Of a DNA stretch of 54,425 bases, positions 10,013 through 20,331 are shown piece by piece. The stretch comes from a virus (Duplodnaviria > Caudoviricetes): IMG/VR virus record IMGVR_UViG_3300020043_000840, positions 1-54,425 of that record. One strand, 5' to 3'. The position numbers and the translations under genes were made by a program. The notes beneath the pieces are model-generated. The model did not search any database and was not told where the DNA came from. It saw only the letters and a list, made by a program, of their open reading frames with translations. Within the stretch, counting starts at the first letter, position 1, and each line of letters begins with the position of its first letter.

Positions 10013-10299
10013 TGAAAGATACTAGGGAAATAAAGCTACGAATTATTGAAGCAGGATACAAAGCTGTTAACCACCTTGTAAAGGTAGCTGAGGAAGATAT
10101 TATAAATACTGAATCAGATACAGATGTATCAGCAGATAAAATGAAGAATGCAGCAGCGGCTAAGAAATTAGCCATATTTGATGCATTTGAGATACTAAGT
10201 AGAATAGAAGCAGAGAAAGAAAATCTTGACTCCGCAGACAAGGGAATAAGTAAAACAGATACAAAACAAGGATTTGCAGAAAGAAGGTCAAAACAATAG
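10012..10299 (+). CDS. Putative terminase small subunit
   Basis: Small helical protein overlapping the start of the large terminase; positional call only. Confidence 0.45.
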   Translation: MKDTREIKLRIIEAGYKAVNHLVKVAEEDIINTESDTDVSADKMKNAAAAKKLAIFDAFEILSRIEAEKENLDSADKGISKTDTKQGFAERRSKQ

Positions 10300-12523
10300 T
10301 CTATACCGTGTAGTTGAAAATCACATACCGGCTGCCGTCATCTCTAACAAAAATAGAGTGAGGTCGTGGCTATATGGATATAATGACCAATATAATGTTG
10401 TTGTTATTTCAAAAACCGGACAGATAGGGCAAATAATAGAAATAGAAGGATTGCTAATTGCTCTTCCTGCTGCACCTGAAAAGTGTCTTCAAAGACACTC
10501 CTCTAAGGCTGAACAATATTGGGAACGTCAAGAACTTCCCCGAGAATTATTTAAAATCCAATCCATATTCCAATGGAATGAAAAGCCAAAAGAATTTAAA
10601 GACCGTTGGGTAGATTATATTGAGCAGGAGTTTGATTACCGAGAACAAGGTTTTTGGTTTATGAACAATGGCGTTAAGACCTACATAACCGGTTCTCATT
10701 ATATGTATTTACAATGGTCAAGCATTGACATAGGATACCCTGACTTTCGTGAAGCAAATAGAATATATTGGATATTTTGGGAAGCCTGTCGTGCTGACCC
10801 AAGGTCATTCGGTATGATATATTTAAAGATTAGACGTTCGGGATTTTCATTTATGTCATCATCTGAGTGTATCAATGTAGCTACGCTTGCACGTGACGCA
10901 CGTATAGGTATTCTATCTAAGACAGGTGCTGATGCTAAAAAAATGTTTACAGACAAGGTTGTGCCTATCAATAGCCGTTTACCTTTCTTTTTTAAACCTG
11001 TGATGGATGGTATGGACAAGCCAAAGACAGAATTGGCGTTTAGAGTTCCTGCATCTAAGATTACCAAGAAGAATATGTATGAGTCTAATGACAATGAAAT
11101 TGACGGATTAGATACATCAATAGATTGGAAAAATACAGAAGACAACTCATATGATGGAGAGAAGTTATTGTTTTTGGCTCACGATGAGTCTGCAAAGTGG
11201 ACTAAGCCTGTAAATATTAAGGAGAATTGGCGTGTAACTAAAACCTGTTTACGTTTAGGTAGTAAAATTATTGGCAAGTGTATGATGGGTTCAACCTCAA
11301 ATGCACTTTCAAAAGGAGGACAAAACTATAAAGACATTTACGAGGACTCAAACGTAAAGGTTCGTAATGCCAACGGACAAACAAAAAGTGGTCTGTATGC
11401 ACTTTTTATTCCGATGGAATGGAATATGGAAGGGTTTATTGATAGATATGGTCATCCTGTATTCAACAAGCCTGCCGAGTCTGTAATGGGCGTGGATGGC
11501 AATTGGATTACAAATGGAGCCATTGACTATTGGGAGGCTGAAGTGGACTCTTTAAAGAATGATGCTGACGCACTAAACGAGTTTTATCGTCAGTTCCCAC
11601 GTACGGAGTCTCACGCATTTAGAGATGAAAGTAAGCAGGCTCTATTTAATTTAACTAAACTATATCAGCAGATTGACTATAATGACTCAATGATTAAGGA
11701 ACATTACCTTACTCGTGGGTCTTTTTCGTGGAAGGATGGGATTAAAGATACTGAAGTGATATGGACTCCTGATACTCGTGGTAGGTTTAATATTGCTTGG
11801 GCACCCCCTAAGCATATGCAGAACAATGTGCATATTCGCAATGGTATTAAATATCCCGGCAATGAGCACATTGGTTCATTTGGTTGTGACTCTTATGATA
11901 TTTCAGCCGTAGTTGGAGGACGTGGTTCTAATGGTGCACTGCACGGTATGACTAAGTTTCATATGGATGACGCTCCTGTTAACCAATTCTTTTTAGAGTA
12001 TATTGCTCGTCCACAAACAGCGGAAATATTTTTTGAAGAAGTTTTAATGGCGTGCGTATTCTATGGAATGCCTATATTAGTAGAGAATAACAAGCCAAGA
12101 CTTTTGTACCATATTAAAAATAGGGGATATAGAGGTTTTTCTATTAATAGACCGGATAAGCAAATGGCTAAGTTAACAAAGACTGAGCGTGAGTTAGGAG
12201 GTATTCCAAACTCATCAGAAGATGTAAAACAAGCACACGCATCTGCTATTGAATCTTATATTGAAAAGTTTGTAGGATTGGATTTGGAAGCAAAATATAG
12301 GGACCCGGAGGAAATGGGGACAATGCCATTTACAAGAACTCTTGAAGATTGGGCACGATTTGATATAAATGATAGAACAAGATTTGATGCTTCTATTAGC
12401 TCAGGATTGTGTATTATGGCTAATCAGAAGCATTTATATATGCCGGAGAAAAAAGAATCAAAATTAATTATTAACTTCGCTAAGTATAAAAACGAAGGAA
12501 CAACAAGTCAATTGATTAGATGA
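10274..12523 (+). CDS. terL: Terminase large subunit
   Basis: Walker A-like KIRRSGFS, Walker B LAHDE, coupling motif GST, nuclease domain FGCD...VENN...FDASI; precedes the portal. Confidence 0.85.
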   Translation: MQKEGQNNSLYRVVENHIPAAVISNKNRVRSWLYGYNDQYNVVVISKTGQIGQIIEIEGLLIALPAAPEKCLQRHSSKAEQYWERQELPRELFKIQSIFQWNEKPKEFKDRWVDYIEQEFDYREQGFWFMNNGVKTYITGSHYMYLQWSSIDIGYPDFREANRIYWIFWEACRADPRSFGMIYLKIRRSGFSFMSSSECINVATLARDARIGILSKTGADAKKMFTDKVVPINSRLPFFFKPVMDGMDKPKTELAFRVPASKITKKNMYESNDNEIDGLDTSIDWKNTEDNSYDGEKLLFLAHDESAKWTKPVNIKENWRVTKTCLRLGSKIIGKCMMGSTSNALSKGGQNYKDIYEDSNVKVRNANGQTKSGLYALFIPMEWNMEGFIDRYGHPVFNKPAESVMGVDGNWITNGAIDYWEAEVDSLKNDADALNEFYRQFPRTESHAFRDESKQALFNLTKLYQQIDYNDSMIKEHYLTRGSFSWKDGIKDTEVIWTPDTRGRFNIAWAPPKHMQNNVHIRNGIKYPGNEHIGSFGCDSYDISAVVGGRGSNGALHGMTKFHMDDAPVNQFFLEYIARPQTAEIFFEEVLMACVFYGMPILVENNKPRLLYHIKNRGYRGFSINRPDKQMAKLTKTERELGGIPNSSEDVKQAHASAIESYIEKFVGLDLEAKYRDPEEMGTMPFTRTLEDWARFDINDRTRFDASISSGLCIMANQKHLYMPEKKESKLIINFAKYKNEGTTSQLIR
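10483..10498. repeat. 16-bp palindromic motif copy (GTGTCTTCAAAGACAC) inside terL
   Basis: Read directly; overlaps codons for KCLQRH. Confidence 0.85.
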
Positions 12524-14955
12524 AAAATTTAGCAATAGCAATAAACGCTGTATCATTCCCAAGTCAGATGGCAACTGATGCCGAAAAAGCATCAGAGTCC
12601 TTTGGTTTACAAATAGGGCAAGCAATACAGTATGAGTGGTTTAGAAAAGACGGAAACTCTTGTAGATATTATAGCCAATGGAGAGATTTCCGTAGGTTAA
12701 GATTGTATGCAAGAGGAGAACAGCCTATTTCTAAATATAAAAATGAATTGGCTATTGATGGGGATTTGTCTTATCTAAATTTAGATTGGACTCCTGTTCC
12801 TATTATACCAAAGTTTGTTGACATTGTTGTTAATGGAATGTCAGATAGACTTTTTAAAGTTAAGGCATATGCACAAGATGCAATGTCGCAATCTAAAAGA
12901 AGTAAGTATCAGGATATGGTTGAGGCTCAAATGGTATCAAAAGATATTTTATCTACCATTAAAGATAAAACAGGTGTAGATACCTTTATGATGGACCCTG
13001 AGAAATTACCTGAGACTGACGAAGAATTGTCATTATATATGCAGCTTAACTATAAGCCTGCTATTGAGATTGCAGAAGAAGAAGCGATTAATACTATTTT
13101 TGACGATAATCATTATGATGATTTAAGAAAAAGACTTGATTACGATGCAACGGTAATTGGTATTGAAGTTGTAAAACACGAATTTTTACAAGGTACAGGA
13201 GTTAAGATTTCATACGTTGACCCTGCCAATATTGTTTATAGTTATACAGAAGACCCATTCTTTAAAGATTGTTTTTATTGGGGAGAAATTAAAACACTTC
13301 CTGTATTAGAGTTAATGAAGATTGACCAATCTTTAACAAGAGAAGATTTACAAGAGATTACGCAATATAGCCAATCTTGGTACGATTATTATAACGTAGC
13401 ACAATTCTATGAGAATAGTATGTTCTATCGTGATACTTGTACTTTGATGTATTTTAATTATAAAACTACTAAGAAAGTAGTTTACAAAAAGAAAAACCTT
13501 GAAGGTGGTGGTTCTCGTGTTATTGAGAAAGATGAGACTTTCAATCCTCCTGTTGAGATGATGGAGGAAGGTAACTTTGAGAAGATTGAGAAAACAATTG
13601 ATGTTTGGTATGAAGGTATTATGGTAATGGGTACCAATATTATTTTGCAATGGAGATTATCTGAGAATATGGTTCGTCCTAAGTCAGCATCTCAACACGC
13701 ATTACCAAACTATGTAGCGTGTGCTCCACGTATGTACAAAGGGGTTATTGAATCATTATGTCGCAGAATGATACCATTCGCTGACTTAATTCAAATTACG
13801 CATTTAAAATTGCAACAAGTTATTGCTCGTACTGTTCCTGATGGTGTCTTTATTGATGCTGATGGTCTAAGTGAGATTGATTTGGGTACAGGTAACGCAT
13901 ATAATCCTGAGGATGCTTTAAGATTATATTTCCAAACGGGTAGTGTAATTGGTAGAAGTTTTACTCAAGATGGTGATTTTAACAATGCAAGAGTGCCTAT
14001 TACTCAGTTAAATTCTAATTCAGGTGCTGCTAAAACGCAGATGTTGATTACTAATATGAACCATTACATTGATATGATTAGGTCTGTTACCGGTCTTAAC
14101 GAAGCAAGAGATGGTTCTACTCCTGACCCTAATGCATTAGTTGGATTACAAAAGTTAGCTGCATTAAACTCTAATACTGCTACAAGACATATCCTTGATG
14201 GTTCATTGTTCGTTTATCGTTCATTAGCTGAGGCTCTTACTTATAGGATTGGTGATATTTTACAATATTCTGATTTTAAAGAAGAGTTCACTAATCAGAT
14301 AGGCAAATACAATGTGTCTATTTTAGAAGACATAAAAGACCTTTATATTTACGACTTTGGTATATTCATTGAGGTTTCGCCTGATGAAGAGCAAAAAGCA
14401 CAGCTTGAAGCTAATATCCAAATGGCATTATCTAAAGGTGACATTAACCTTGAAGACGCAATTGACATCCGTGAGATTCGAAATATTAAACTTGCTAATC
14501 AGTTATTGAAGATGAAGCGTATTAAAACTCAAGAGCGTTTAGAAAAGAATGAGATGCAAAAACAAGCGATGATGTCTCAGCAACAACTAAAAGCTCAAGA
14601 AATGGCGGGTCAAGTTGCAATGCAAAAGATTGAGTTGGAAGCAAGGGCTAAGATGCAGATTAAGCAAGCAGAGGTGGCATTTGATATTCAGAAAATGGAG
14701 AAAGAGGCAGAAATGAAATCTCATCTAATGCGTGAAGAGTTCCAATATAATATGCAATTACACGGTATGGAAGTAGGGAATTTAACTAAGAGAGAGCAAA
14801 TGAAAGAAGATGCAAAAGCAAAAAGAATTAGCCAACAAAATACCGAGCAATCTAAGTTAATTAATCAAAGAAAAAACAATTTACCTCCAATGACTTTTGA
14901 GTCAAATGAGGATAGCTTGGATGGGTTTGATTTAGCTGAGTTTGAGCCTCGATAA
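12520..14955 (+). CDS. Portal protein
   Basis: 811 aa after terL, PIIPKFVDIVV motif, long Q-rich coiled-coil C-terminus as in podovirus portals. Confidence 0.8.
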   Translation: MKNLAIAINAVSFPSQMATDAEKASESFGLQIGQAIQYEWFRKDGNSCRYYSQWRDFRRLRLYARGEQPISKYKNELAIDGDLSYLNLDWTPVPIIPKFVDIVVNGMSDRLFKVKAYAQDAMSQSKRSKYQDMVEAQMVSKDILSTIKDKTGVDTFMMDPEKLPETDEELSLYMQLNYKPAIEIAEEEAINTIFDDNHYDDLRKRLDYDATVIGIEVVKHEFLQGTGVKISYVDPANIVYSYTEDPFFKDCFYWGEIKTLPVLELMKIDQSLTREDLQEITQYSQSWYDYYNVAQFYENSMFYRDTCTLMYFNYKTTKKVVYKKKNLEGGGSRVIEKDETFNPPVEMMEEGNFEKIEKTIDVWYEGIMVMGTNIILQWRLSENMVRPKSASQHALPNYVACAPRMYKGVIESLCRRMIPFADLIQITHLKLQQVIARTVPDGVFIDADGLSEIDLGTGNAYNPEDALRLYFQTGSVIGRSFTQDGDFNNARVPITQLNSNSGAAKTQMLITNMNHYIDMIRSVTGLNEARDGSTPDPNALVGLQKLAALNSNTATRHILDGSLFVYRSLAEALTYRIGDILQYSDFKEEFTNQIGKYNVSILEDIKDLYIYDFGIFIEVSPDEEQKAQLEANIQMALSKGDINLEDAIDIREIRNIKLANQLLKMKRIKTQERLEKNEMQKQAMMSQQQLKAQEMAGQVAMQKIELEARAKMQIKQAEVAFDIQKMEKEAEMKSHLMREEFQYNMQLHGMEVGNLTKREQMKEDAKAKRISQQNTEQSKLINQRKNNLPPMTFESNEDSLDGFDLAEFEPR

Positions 14956-14973
14956 AATGTCGAAATTTTTATC

Positions 14974-14981
14974 TATTTTTG
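14974..14981 (+). promoter_or_regulatory. -7 promoter box TATTTTTG
   Basis: TAnnTTTG, intergenic, 20 nt before the scaffold ATG. Confidence 0.55.
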
Positions 14982-15001
14982 TATAAATTAAATTAAATCA
15001 A

Positions 15002-16093
15002 ATGGAATTAAAAGTTAGAGCCGTAGACATAATTGAACCAAAGAGTGTTCAAGAAGTGGAACAACAATTACTTGACAAGCACGAAGAGTCGTTAAGTCAA
15101 GAAACCAAACAAGAGATTGAACCGGAAATACAAGAACCGGAACAACAGCAAAGTGAGGTTGACTTAAAAGACGAAGATGTTCTTTCGTATATTGGTAAAA
15201 GATACAACAAGCAGATTAATTCATTGGATGAATTAGTGGCTGAGCGTAAAGAAGCTGAGTCATTACCTGAAGATGTAGCTGCTTTTATGAAATATAAGCA
15301 AGATACAGGACGTGGGTTTGAAGACTTTGTTAAATTAGGAAAGGACTTCGAAAAAATGAACCCTGACCAATTGCTTAAAGAATACCTTTCTTCCACACAG
15401 GAAGGTCTTGATGATGATGACATTGAGACGTTAATGGATGAGTATAAGTTTGACCCTGAGTTAGACGATGAATCAACCGTTAAAAAAGCAAAAATCGCAA
15501 AAAAGAAAGTTCTTGCTGAAGCCAAGAAATACTTTAATTCGCAAAAGGAACAATACAAAATGCCACTTGAGTCAAGAATGGGATTCGTTCCGGATGAAGA
15601 AAAAGAAGTATACGAAAGCTATAAGCAATATACCCAACAGGCAAAGACCATAGAAGAGGAAAACAATCGTAAACGTCAATGGTTTGACCAAAAGACGAAT
15701 GATGTTTTTAGCGGAGAGTTCAAAGGTTTTGAGTTCAATGTTAATGACAAGAAGTTCACGTTTGCTCCGGGAGACGCTAATGAGTTAAAAAAGAATCAAG
15801 CTACACCACAAAACTTTATTAATAAGTTTTTAGATGAGCAAGGTTTAATGAAAGACGCAGAAGGCTATCATAGGTCATTGTCTATAGCAATGCATCCTGA
15901 GAAATTTGCTAAGTTTTTTTATGAACAAGGAATGGCTGATGCTACTGATGATGTTACTCGTAAAATCAAGAACATCAATATGTCAGATAGAAAAGCTCCC
16001 GAAGTTAGTAAATCAAACGATGGATTTCAGGTAAAGGCTGTAAACCCTGATTCAGGTAGAAACCTGAAAATACGCAGTATAAAAAAAGTTTAA
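15002..16093 (+). CDS. Putative capsid scaffolding protein
   Basis: Acidic helical 363-aa protein between portal and capsid genes. Confidence 0.6.
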   Translation: MELKVRAVDIIEPKSVQEVEQQLLDKHEESLSQETKQEIEPEIQEPEQQQSEVDLKDEDVLSYIGKRYNKQINSLDELVAERKEAESLPEDVAAFMKYKQDTGRGFEDFVKLGKDFEKMNPDQLLKEYLSSTQEGLDDDDIETLMDEYKFDPELDDESTVKKAKIAKKKVLAEAKKYFNSQKEQYKMPLESRMGFVPDEEKEVYESYKQYTQQAKTIEEENNRKRQWFDQKTNDVFSGEFKGFEFNVNDKKFTFAPGDANELKKNQATPQNFINKFLDEQGLMKDAEGYHRSLSIAMHPEKFAKFFYEQGMADATDDVTRKIKNINMSDRKAPEVSKSNDGFQVKAVNPDSGRNLKIRSIKKV

Positions 16094-16114
16094 AACAATT
16101 AAAAATTTAAAAAA

Positions 16115-17533
16115 ATGGCAAGTGCACTTTTAAATAACCCCACCTATGCCCTGCAACCTTCTGCAGAACAGGTAGCGTTACAGACAAACTACATTACCAA
16201 CTTTAACTTCTTGAATCAGTATCTTCCTGATACTTATGAAAAAGAATTTGAGCGTTATGGTAATAGAACAATCGCATCTTTCTTACGTATGGTAGGAGCA
16301 GAGATGCCGTCTAATTCTGACCAAATCAAATGGGCAGAACAAGGACGTTTACACATCAAGTACACAAGTTGTACTTCAGCAGCAGCAGCAGGTGCTTCAA
16401 CAGCAACTTTCACTGTAGCTGATAGTGGTGTAACTTATATCGCTATCCGTGTTGGACAAACTTTGATGATTCAAAACAATACATCAGGTGTTTTCAACAA
16501 GGCTATCGTAACAGCAGTTCCTTCAGCAACTACTTTCACAGTAGCTTACTATGAGACTGCAGGTCAAGCATTCGCAGTTTCTACAGCTTGTACTGTATTC
16601 ATTTACGGTTCTGAGTTCAAAAAAGGAACTAACGGAATGGTTGGTTCATTAGAGTCTGAGGATGATATCTACAGCAACAACCCTATTATCATTAAAGATA
16701 AATATGCGGTTAATGGTTCTGATATGGCTCAAATCGGTTGGGTTGAAGTTACTACTGAGAACGGTGCTACAGGATACTTGTGGTATTTGAAATCAGAGCA
16801 CGAAACTCGTTTACGTTTTGAGGATTACTTAGAGACTGCAATGATTGAAGCAGTTCCTGCTGCATCTTCTTCAGGTGCTGCAACTGCAGGATACATTGGT
16901 TCTCAAGGTATTTTCTACGTAGTAAACAATCGTGGTAACGTTTGGGGTGGTGGTACTCCAACAACTTTGACTGATTGGGATGATATCGTTTCTCGTTTAG
17001 ATAAGCAAGGTGCTATCGAAGAGAACGTAGTATTCGTAAATCGTGGATTAAGTTTTGATATTGACAATATGTTAGCTACATTAAACGGTTACGCTACAAG
17101 CGGTGCGTCTAATTCTGCTTCTTATGGTCTTTTTGATAACGATGTTGATATGGCGTTAAACTTAGGTTTCTCAGGTTTCCGTAGAGGTTATGATTTCTAC
17201 AAAACTGATTGGAAATACTTAAACGACCCAACAATGCGTGGTGGTTTAAATACTACTGCTTCAACTGCAACCGGTACTATCACAGGTTTGATGGTTCCTG
17301 CAGGTTCTACTTCAGTGTACGACCAAATTATGGGTAAGAACGCTAAGCGTCCTTTCTTACACGTAAGATACCGTGCTTCTGAGGCTGAGGATAGAAGATA
17401 CAAGACTTGGATTACAGGTTCTGCCGGTGGTGCTGCTACTAGCGACTTGGATGCAATGGAGGTAAACTTCCTTTCTGAGCGTTGCGTATGTACCTTGGGT
17501 GCAAACAACTTCGTATTATTCCGTTATGGATAA
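16115..17533 (+). CDS. Major capsid protein
   Basis: 472 aa, strongly biased codon usage, position after scaffold, followed by a strong terminator. Confidence 0.8.
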   Translation: MASALLNNPTYALQPSAEQVALQTNYITNFNFLNQYLPDTYEKEFERYGNRTIASFLRMVGAEMPSNSDQIKWAEQGRLHIKYTSCTSAAAAGASTATFTVADSGVTYIAIRVGQTLMIQNNTSGVFNKAIVTAVPSATTFTVAYYETAGQAFAVSTACTVFIYGSEFKKGTNGMVGSLESEDDIYSNNPIIIKDKYAVNGSDMAQIGWVEVTTENGATGYLWYLKSEHETRLRFEDYLETAMIEAVPAASSSGAATAGYIGSQGIFYVVNNRGNVWGGGTPTTLTDWDDIVSRLDKQGAIEENVVFVNRGLSFDIDNMLATLNGYATSGASNSASYGLFDNDVDMALNLGFSGFRRGYDFYKTDWKYLNDPTMRGGLNTTASTATGTITGLMVPAGSTSVYDQIMGKNAKRPFLHVRYRASEAEDRRYKTWITGSAGGAATSDLDAMEVNFLSERCVCTLGANNFVLFRYG

Positions 17534-17547
17534 TAGTTAGTAAATAT

Positions 17548-17583
17548 AGGGGAGGGTGTCTTCAAAGACACTCTCCTTTTTTT
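17548..17583 (+). terminator. Intrinsic terminator built around the 16-bp palindrome (17556-17571)
   Basis: AGGGGAGG-GTGTCTTCAAAGACAC-TCTCC-T7. Confidence 0.8.
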
Positions 17584-17608
17584 AAAATCAAATTAAATTA
17601 AATAAAAA

Positions 17609-18352
17609 ATGGCAAAGAGTATAACTGCTGTAGACAAGGTCTACAAATTAAAAATAGGAAATCCTTTATCCTATACATTAGCATCAAGAAATCATCCAAG
17701 ATTCCCGCTAATGTGGTATGATGAGAAAAATAATGTGAACCGTGCATTGAGATATGCATCTAACCAAAAGTCCCCATTTGAGGACGAACAAGACGGAAAC
17801 TTCATTATTGAGCCTATAATCTTTGAAGATGGCTTTTTAAGAGTTCCAAAGAACAATCCTGTATTACAGCAATTCTTGCACTACCATCCTTTGAATGGAA
17901 TGATTTTCACAGAAGTAGATAAAGAGAAAGATGCAGCAGAAGAGGTTGATGATTTGACTTTAGAGATTGAAGCGTTAGTGGAAGCTCGTCAATTAAGCCT
18001 TGACCAAATTGAGACCCTTACTAGGGTAATGTTTGGAAAAGACCCATCTACCGTATCTACTGCAGAATTAAAGCGTGATATATTGGTGTTTGCTAAAAAA
18101 GACCCAAAAGAGTTCTTAAACATATTAAATGACCCTGAATTGAAGTTTCAAGCCAAGGTTCGTTTATTCTTTGAGAACAAATTATTGATATTAAGAAATG
18201 GTGAGAAAGAGGTATGGTTTAATACCGCCACCAACAAAAAGAAAATGTTATCCGTTCCGTTTGGAGAAGACCCATATGAGATGGTTGCCCACTTCTTACA
18301 GAGCGATGAGGGTATAGACTCTCTAAAGATGTTAGAAGCAACTTTAGGTTAG
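17609..18352 (+). CDS. Hypothetical protein of the morphogenesis region
   Basis: 247-aa ORF with A-rich leader, following the capsid gene. Confidence 0.7.
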   Translation: MAKSITAVDKVYKLKIGNPLSYTLASRNHPRFPLMWYDEKNNVNRALRYASNQKSPFEDEQDGNFIIEPIIFEDGFLRVPKNNPVLQQFLHYHPLNGMIFTEVDKEKDAAEEVDDLTLEIEALVEARQLSLDQIETLTRVMFGKDPSTVSTAELKRDILVFAKKDPKEFLNILNDPELKFQAKVRLFFENKLLILRNGEKEVWFNTATNKKKMLSVPFGEDPYEMVAHFLQSDEGIDSLKMLEATLG

Positions 18353-18385
18353 TAAATACTGATTATTGATTGATGATTGGAAAGA

Positions 18386-18414
18386 AGGGCACTTATTGTG
18401 CCCTCTTTTTTTTT
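18386..18414 (+). terminator. Intrinsic terminator
   Basis: AGGGCAC-ttatt-GTGCCCT followed by C and T9. Confidence 0.8.
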
Positions 18415-18417
18415 ACG

Positions 18418-18425
18418 TATATTTG
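18418..18425 (+). promoter_or_regulatory. -7 promoter box TATATTTG immediately after the terminator
   Basis: TAnnTTTG, 15 nt before ATG 18441. Confidence 0.6.
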
Positions 18426-18440
18426 TAAAAAAAAGAACTA

Positions 18441-19394
18441 ATGATAAACTCAGTAAGAAATGCAGTGTTGTCTATAGTGAATAAGAACAACTATGGATAC
18501 ATATCTCCTTCTGATTTTAATCTGTTTGCTCAAAACTCACAGATGGAAATTTTTGAGGAATACTTCAGTAGTTATAACAAAGTTATAAATTCTGAAAATG
18601 CTCGTATGTCAGGAGTAGATTATGCCGACATTGAGCAACCTATTGCTGAGGTGTTAGAGTATTTCTTACGTACAGATTATTTATGGAAAATTTCTGCTAA
18701 TAAATTCTCGATGCCTACACCTACAACTACAGGTTATGATACTTATATGTTATTGGATGTTAAATGTAAGCCGGTTACTCTTAAGGCAGGAACAAATACA
18801 TCCGTAGTTAGTAATCAGTTAGTTGATAGTACTGCTACGTTTTTATCAGATGATATTTCAGCAGGAGACGTTGTTACTAATATTACAACAGGTTTAGTTT
18901 CTACTGTAACATCGGTAGTTAGTAATACTGTATTAGCATTAGATTCAAATATATTTTTAGCTTCAGCAAATGCTTACGCTATTTTTTCTTCGTCTACTGT
19001 TGTTCAAGCGGAAAAGGTAATTAACAATAAACTTTCTTTATTACTTAATTCTAATTTAACTAAACCAACTAAAGAGTTCCCTGTTTACGCATTACAAGGC
19101 ACAGAATTAACTTTCTATCCTACAACAATAAGTAACAAGGGTCAGGTGCAAGCAACCTATTTTAGGTATCCTAAAGTTCCAAAATGGACCTATATCACAT
19201 TGGCTAATGGAGAACCGGTATTTGACCAATCACAATCTGACTATCAAGATTTTGAATTGCCTCCTGAAGATGAGTATAAATTAGTGACTAAGATACTTGA
19301 ATATGCAGGTATTTCTATTCGTGAGAATGAGGTTACTCAATTTGGTATGGTAGAACAACAACACGAACAGCCTACATTCAGTATGCAACAATAA
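18441..19394 (+). CDS. Putative head-tail adaptor / tail ring protein
   Basis: 317 aa; position in the structural operon; helical termini with a beta-rich insertion. Confidence 0.5.
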   Translation: MINSVRNAVLSIVNKNNYGYISPSDFNLFAQNSQMEIFEEYFSSYNKVINSENARMSGVDYADIEQPIAEVLEYFLRTDYLWKISANKFSMPTPTTTGYDTYMLLDVKCKPVTLKAGTNTSVVSNQLVDSTATFLSDDISAGDVVTNITTGLVSTVTSVVSNTVLALDSNIFLASANAYAIFSSSTVVQAEKVINNKLSLLLNSNLTKPTKEFPVYALQGTELTFYPTTISNKGQVQATYFRYPKVPKWTYITLANGEPVFDQSQSDYQDFELPPEDEYKLVTKILEYAGISIRENEVTQFGMVEQQHEQPTFSMQQ

Positions 19395-19406
19395 AAAATT
19401 TAAGAT

Positions 19407-20330
19407 ATGGCATATATATCACAGTATGAATATTATGAGAATGGAGGTGTGGTACCCGAAGATAAAAATTGGGGGTCTTATCAGTTTATAAGTCTTACGG
19501 ATATTGTAAACAACTTCTTGCTAATGTATGCAGGAAACCATTCATTAGTAAATAACGAAGAACGTTATAAGGTATTATTCCACGCAAAACGTGCAATTCA
19601 AGAGTTAAACTATGATGCTTTTAAAGAAATTAAAGTATTAGAGTTGACTGTACCTGATAACTTAAGATTTATTCTCCCATCTGACTATGTCAATTGGGTT
19701 CGTGTTTCATTATATAAAGATGGTTGGTTAAGACCATTATCCGAAAATATTCAAACACTTTCATCTAGGGCTTATCTTCAAGATAATGTAGGTCGTATTT
19801 TATTTGACCAAGATGGCAACGCATTGAGTCCTCAGTATTCTGAGATTGACTATGATAGATTAAGTAAAATTAAGAAGAGTATTTATTTAAACAAAGGCAA
19901 TCAGTTTAATGGTGAGTTAGGATGGAACTATGATGGAATGTGGTATTTTGAAGGTAACATTGGAACTGCTTATGGTTTAAATACAGAAACAGCAAACTTT
20001 AATCCAACTTTTAATATTGATAGAAAAGCAGGAGTTATTAACTTTGATTCGCCAATGTCAGGATTATCTTGTATTCTTGAGTACGTATCTGATGGTATGG
20101 AGCAAGGAGATAATTCTTTGATTACGGTAAACAAGTTATTTGAGGCATATATTTATGCAGCAATTGAGTACGAAATACTAAGTTCTAAACTTGGTGTTCA
20201 AGAGTATATCATTGCTCGTTCTCGTAAAAAAAGAAAGGCTTTGTTAAACAATGCTAAAATAAGAATTAGTAACATTCATCCGGGTAGACTCTTAATGAAT
20301 ATGAGAGGTATGGACAAGCAAATAAAATAA
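19407..20330 (+). CDS. Putative tail ring / structural protein
   Basis: 307 aa, LPSDYVNWVRVS motif, position before the nozzle. Confidence 0.5.
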   Translation: MAYISQYEYYENGGVVPEDKNWGSYQFISLTDIVNNFLLMYAGNHSLVNNEERYKVLFHAKRAIQELNYDAFKEIKVLELTVPDNLRFILPSDYVNWVRVSLYKDGWLRPLSENIQTLSSRAYLQDNVGRILFDQDGNALSPQYSEIDYDRLSKIKKSIYLNKGNQFNGELGWNYDGMWYFEGNIGTAYGLNTETANFNPTFNIDRKAGVINFDSPMSGLSCILEYVSDGMEQGDNSLITVNKLFEAYIYAAIEYEILSSKLGVQEYIIARSRKKRKALLNNAKIRISNIHPGRLLMNMRGMDKQIK

Positions 20331-20331
20331 A

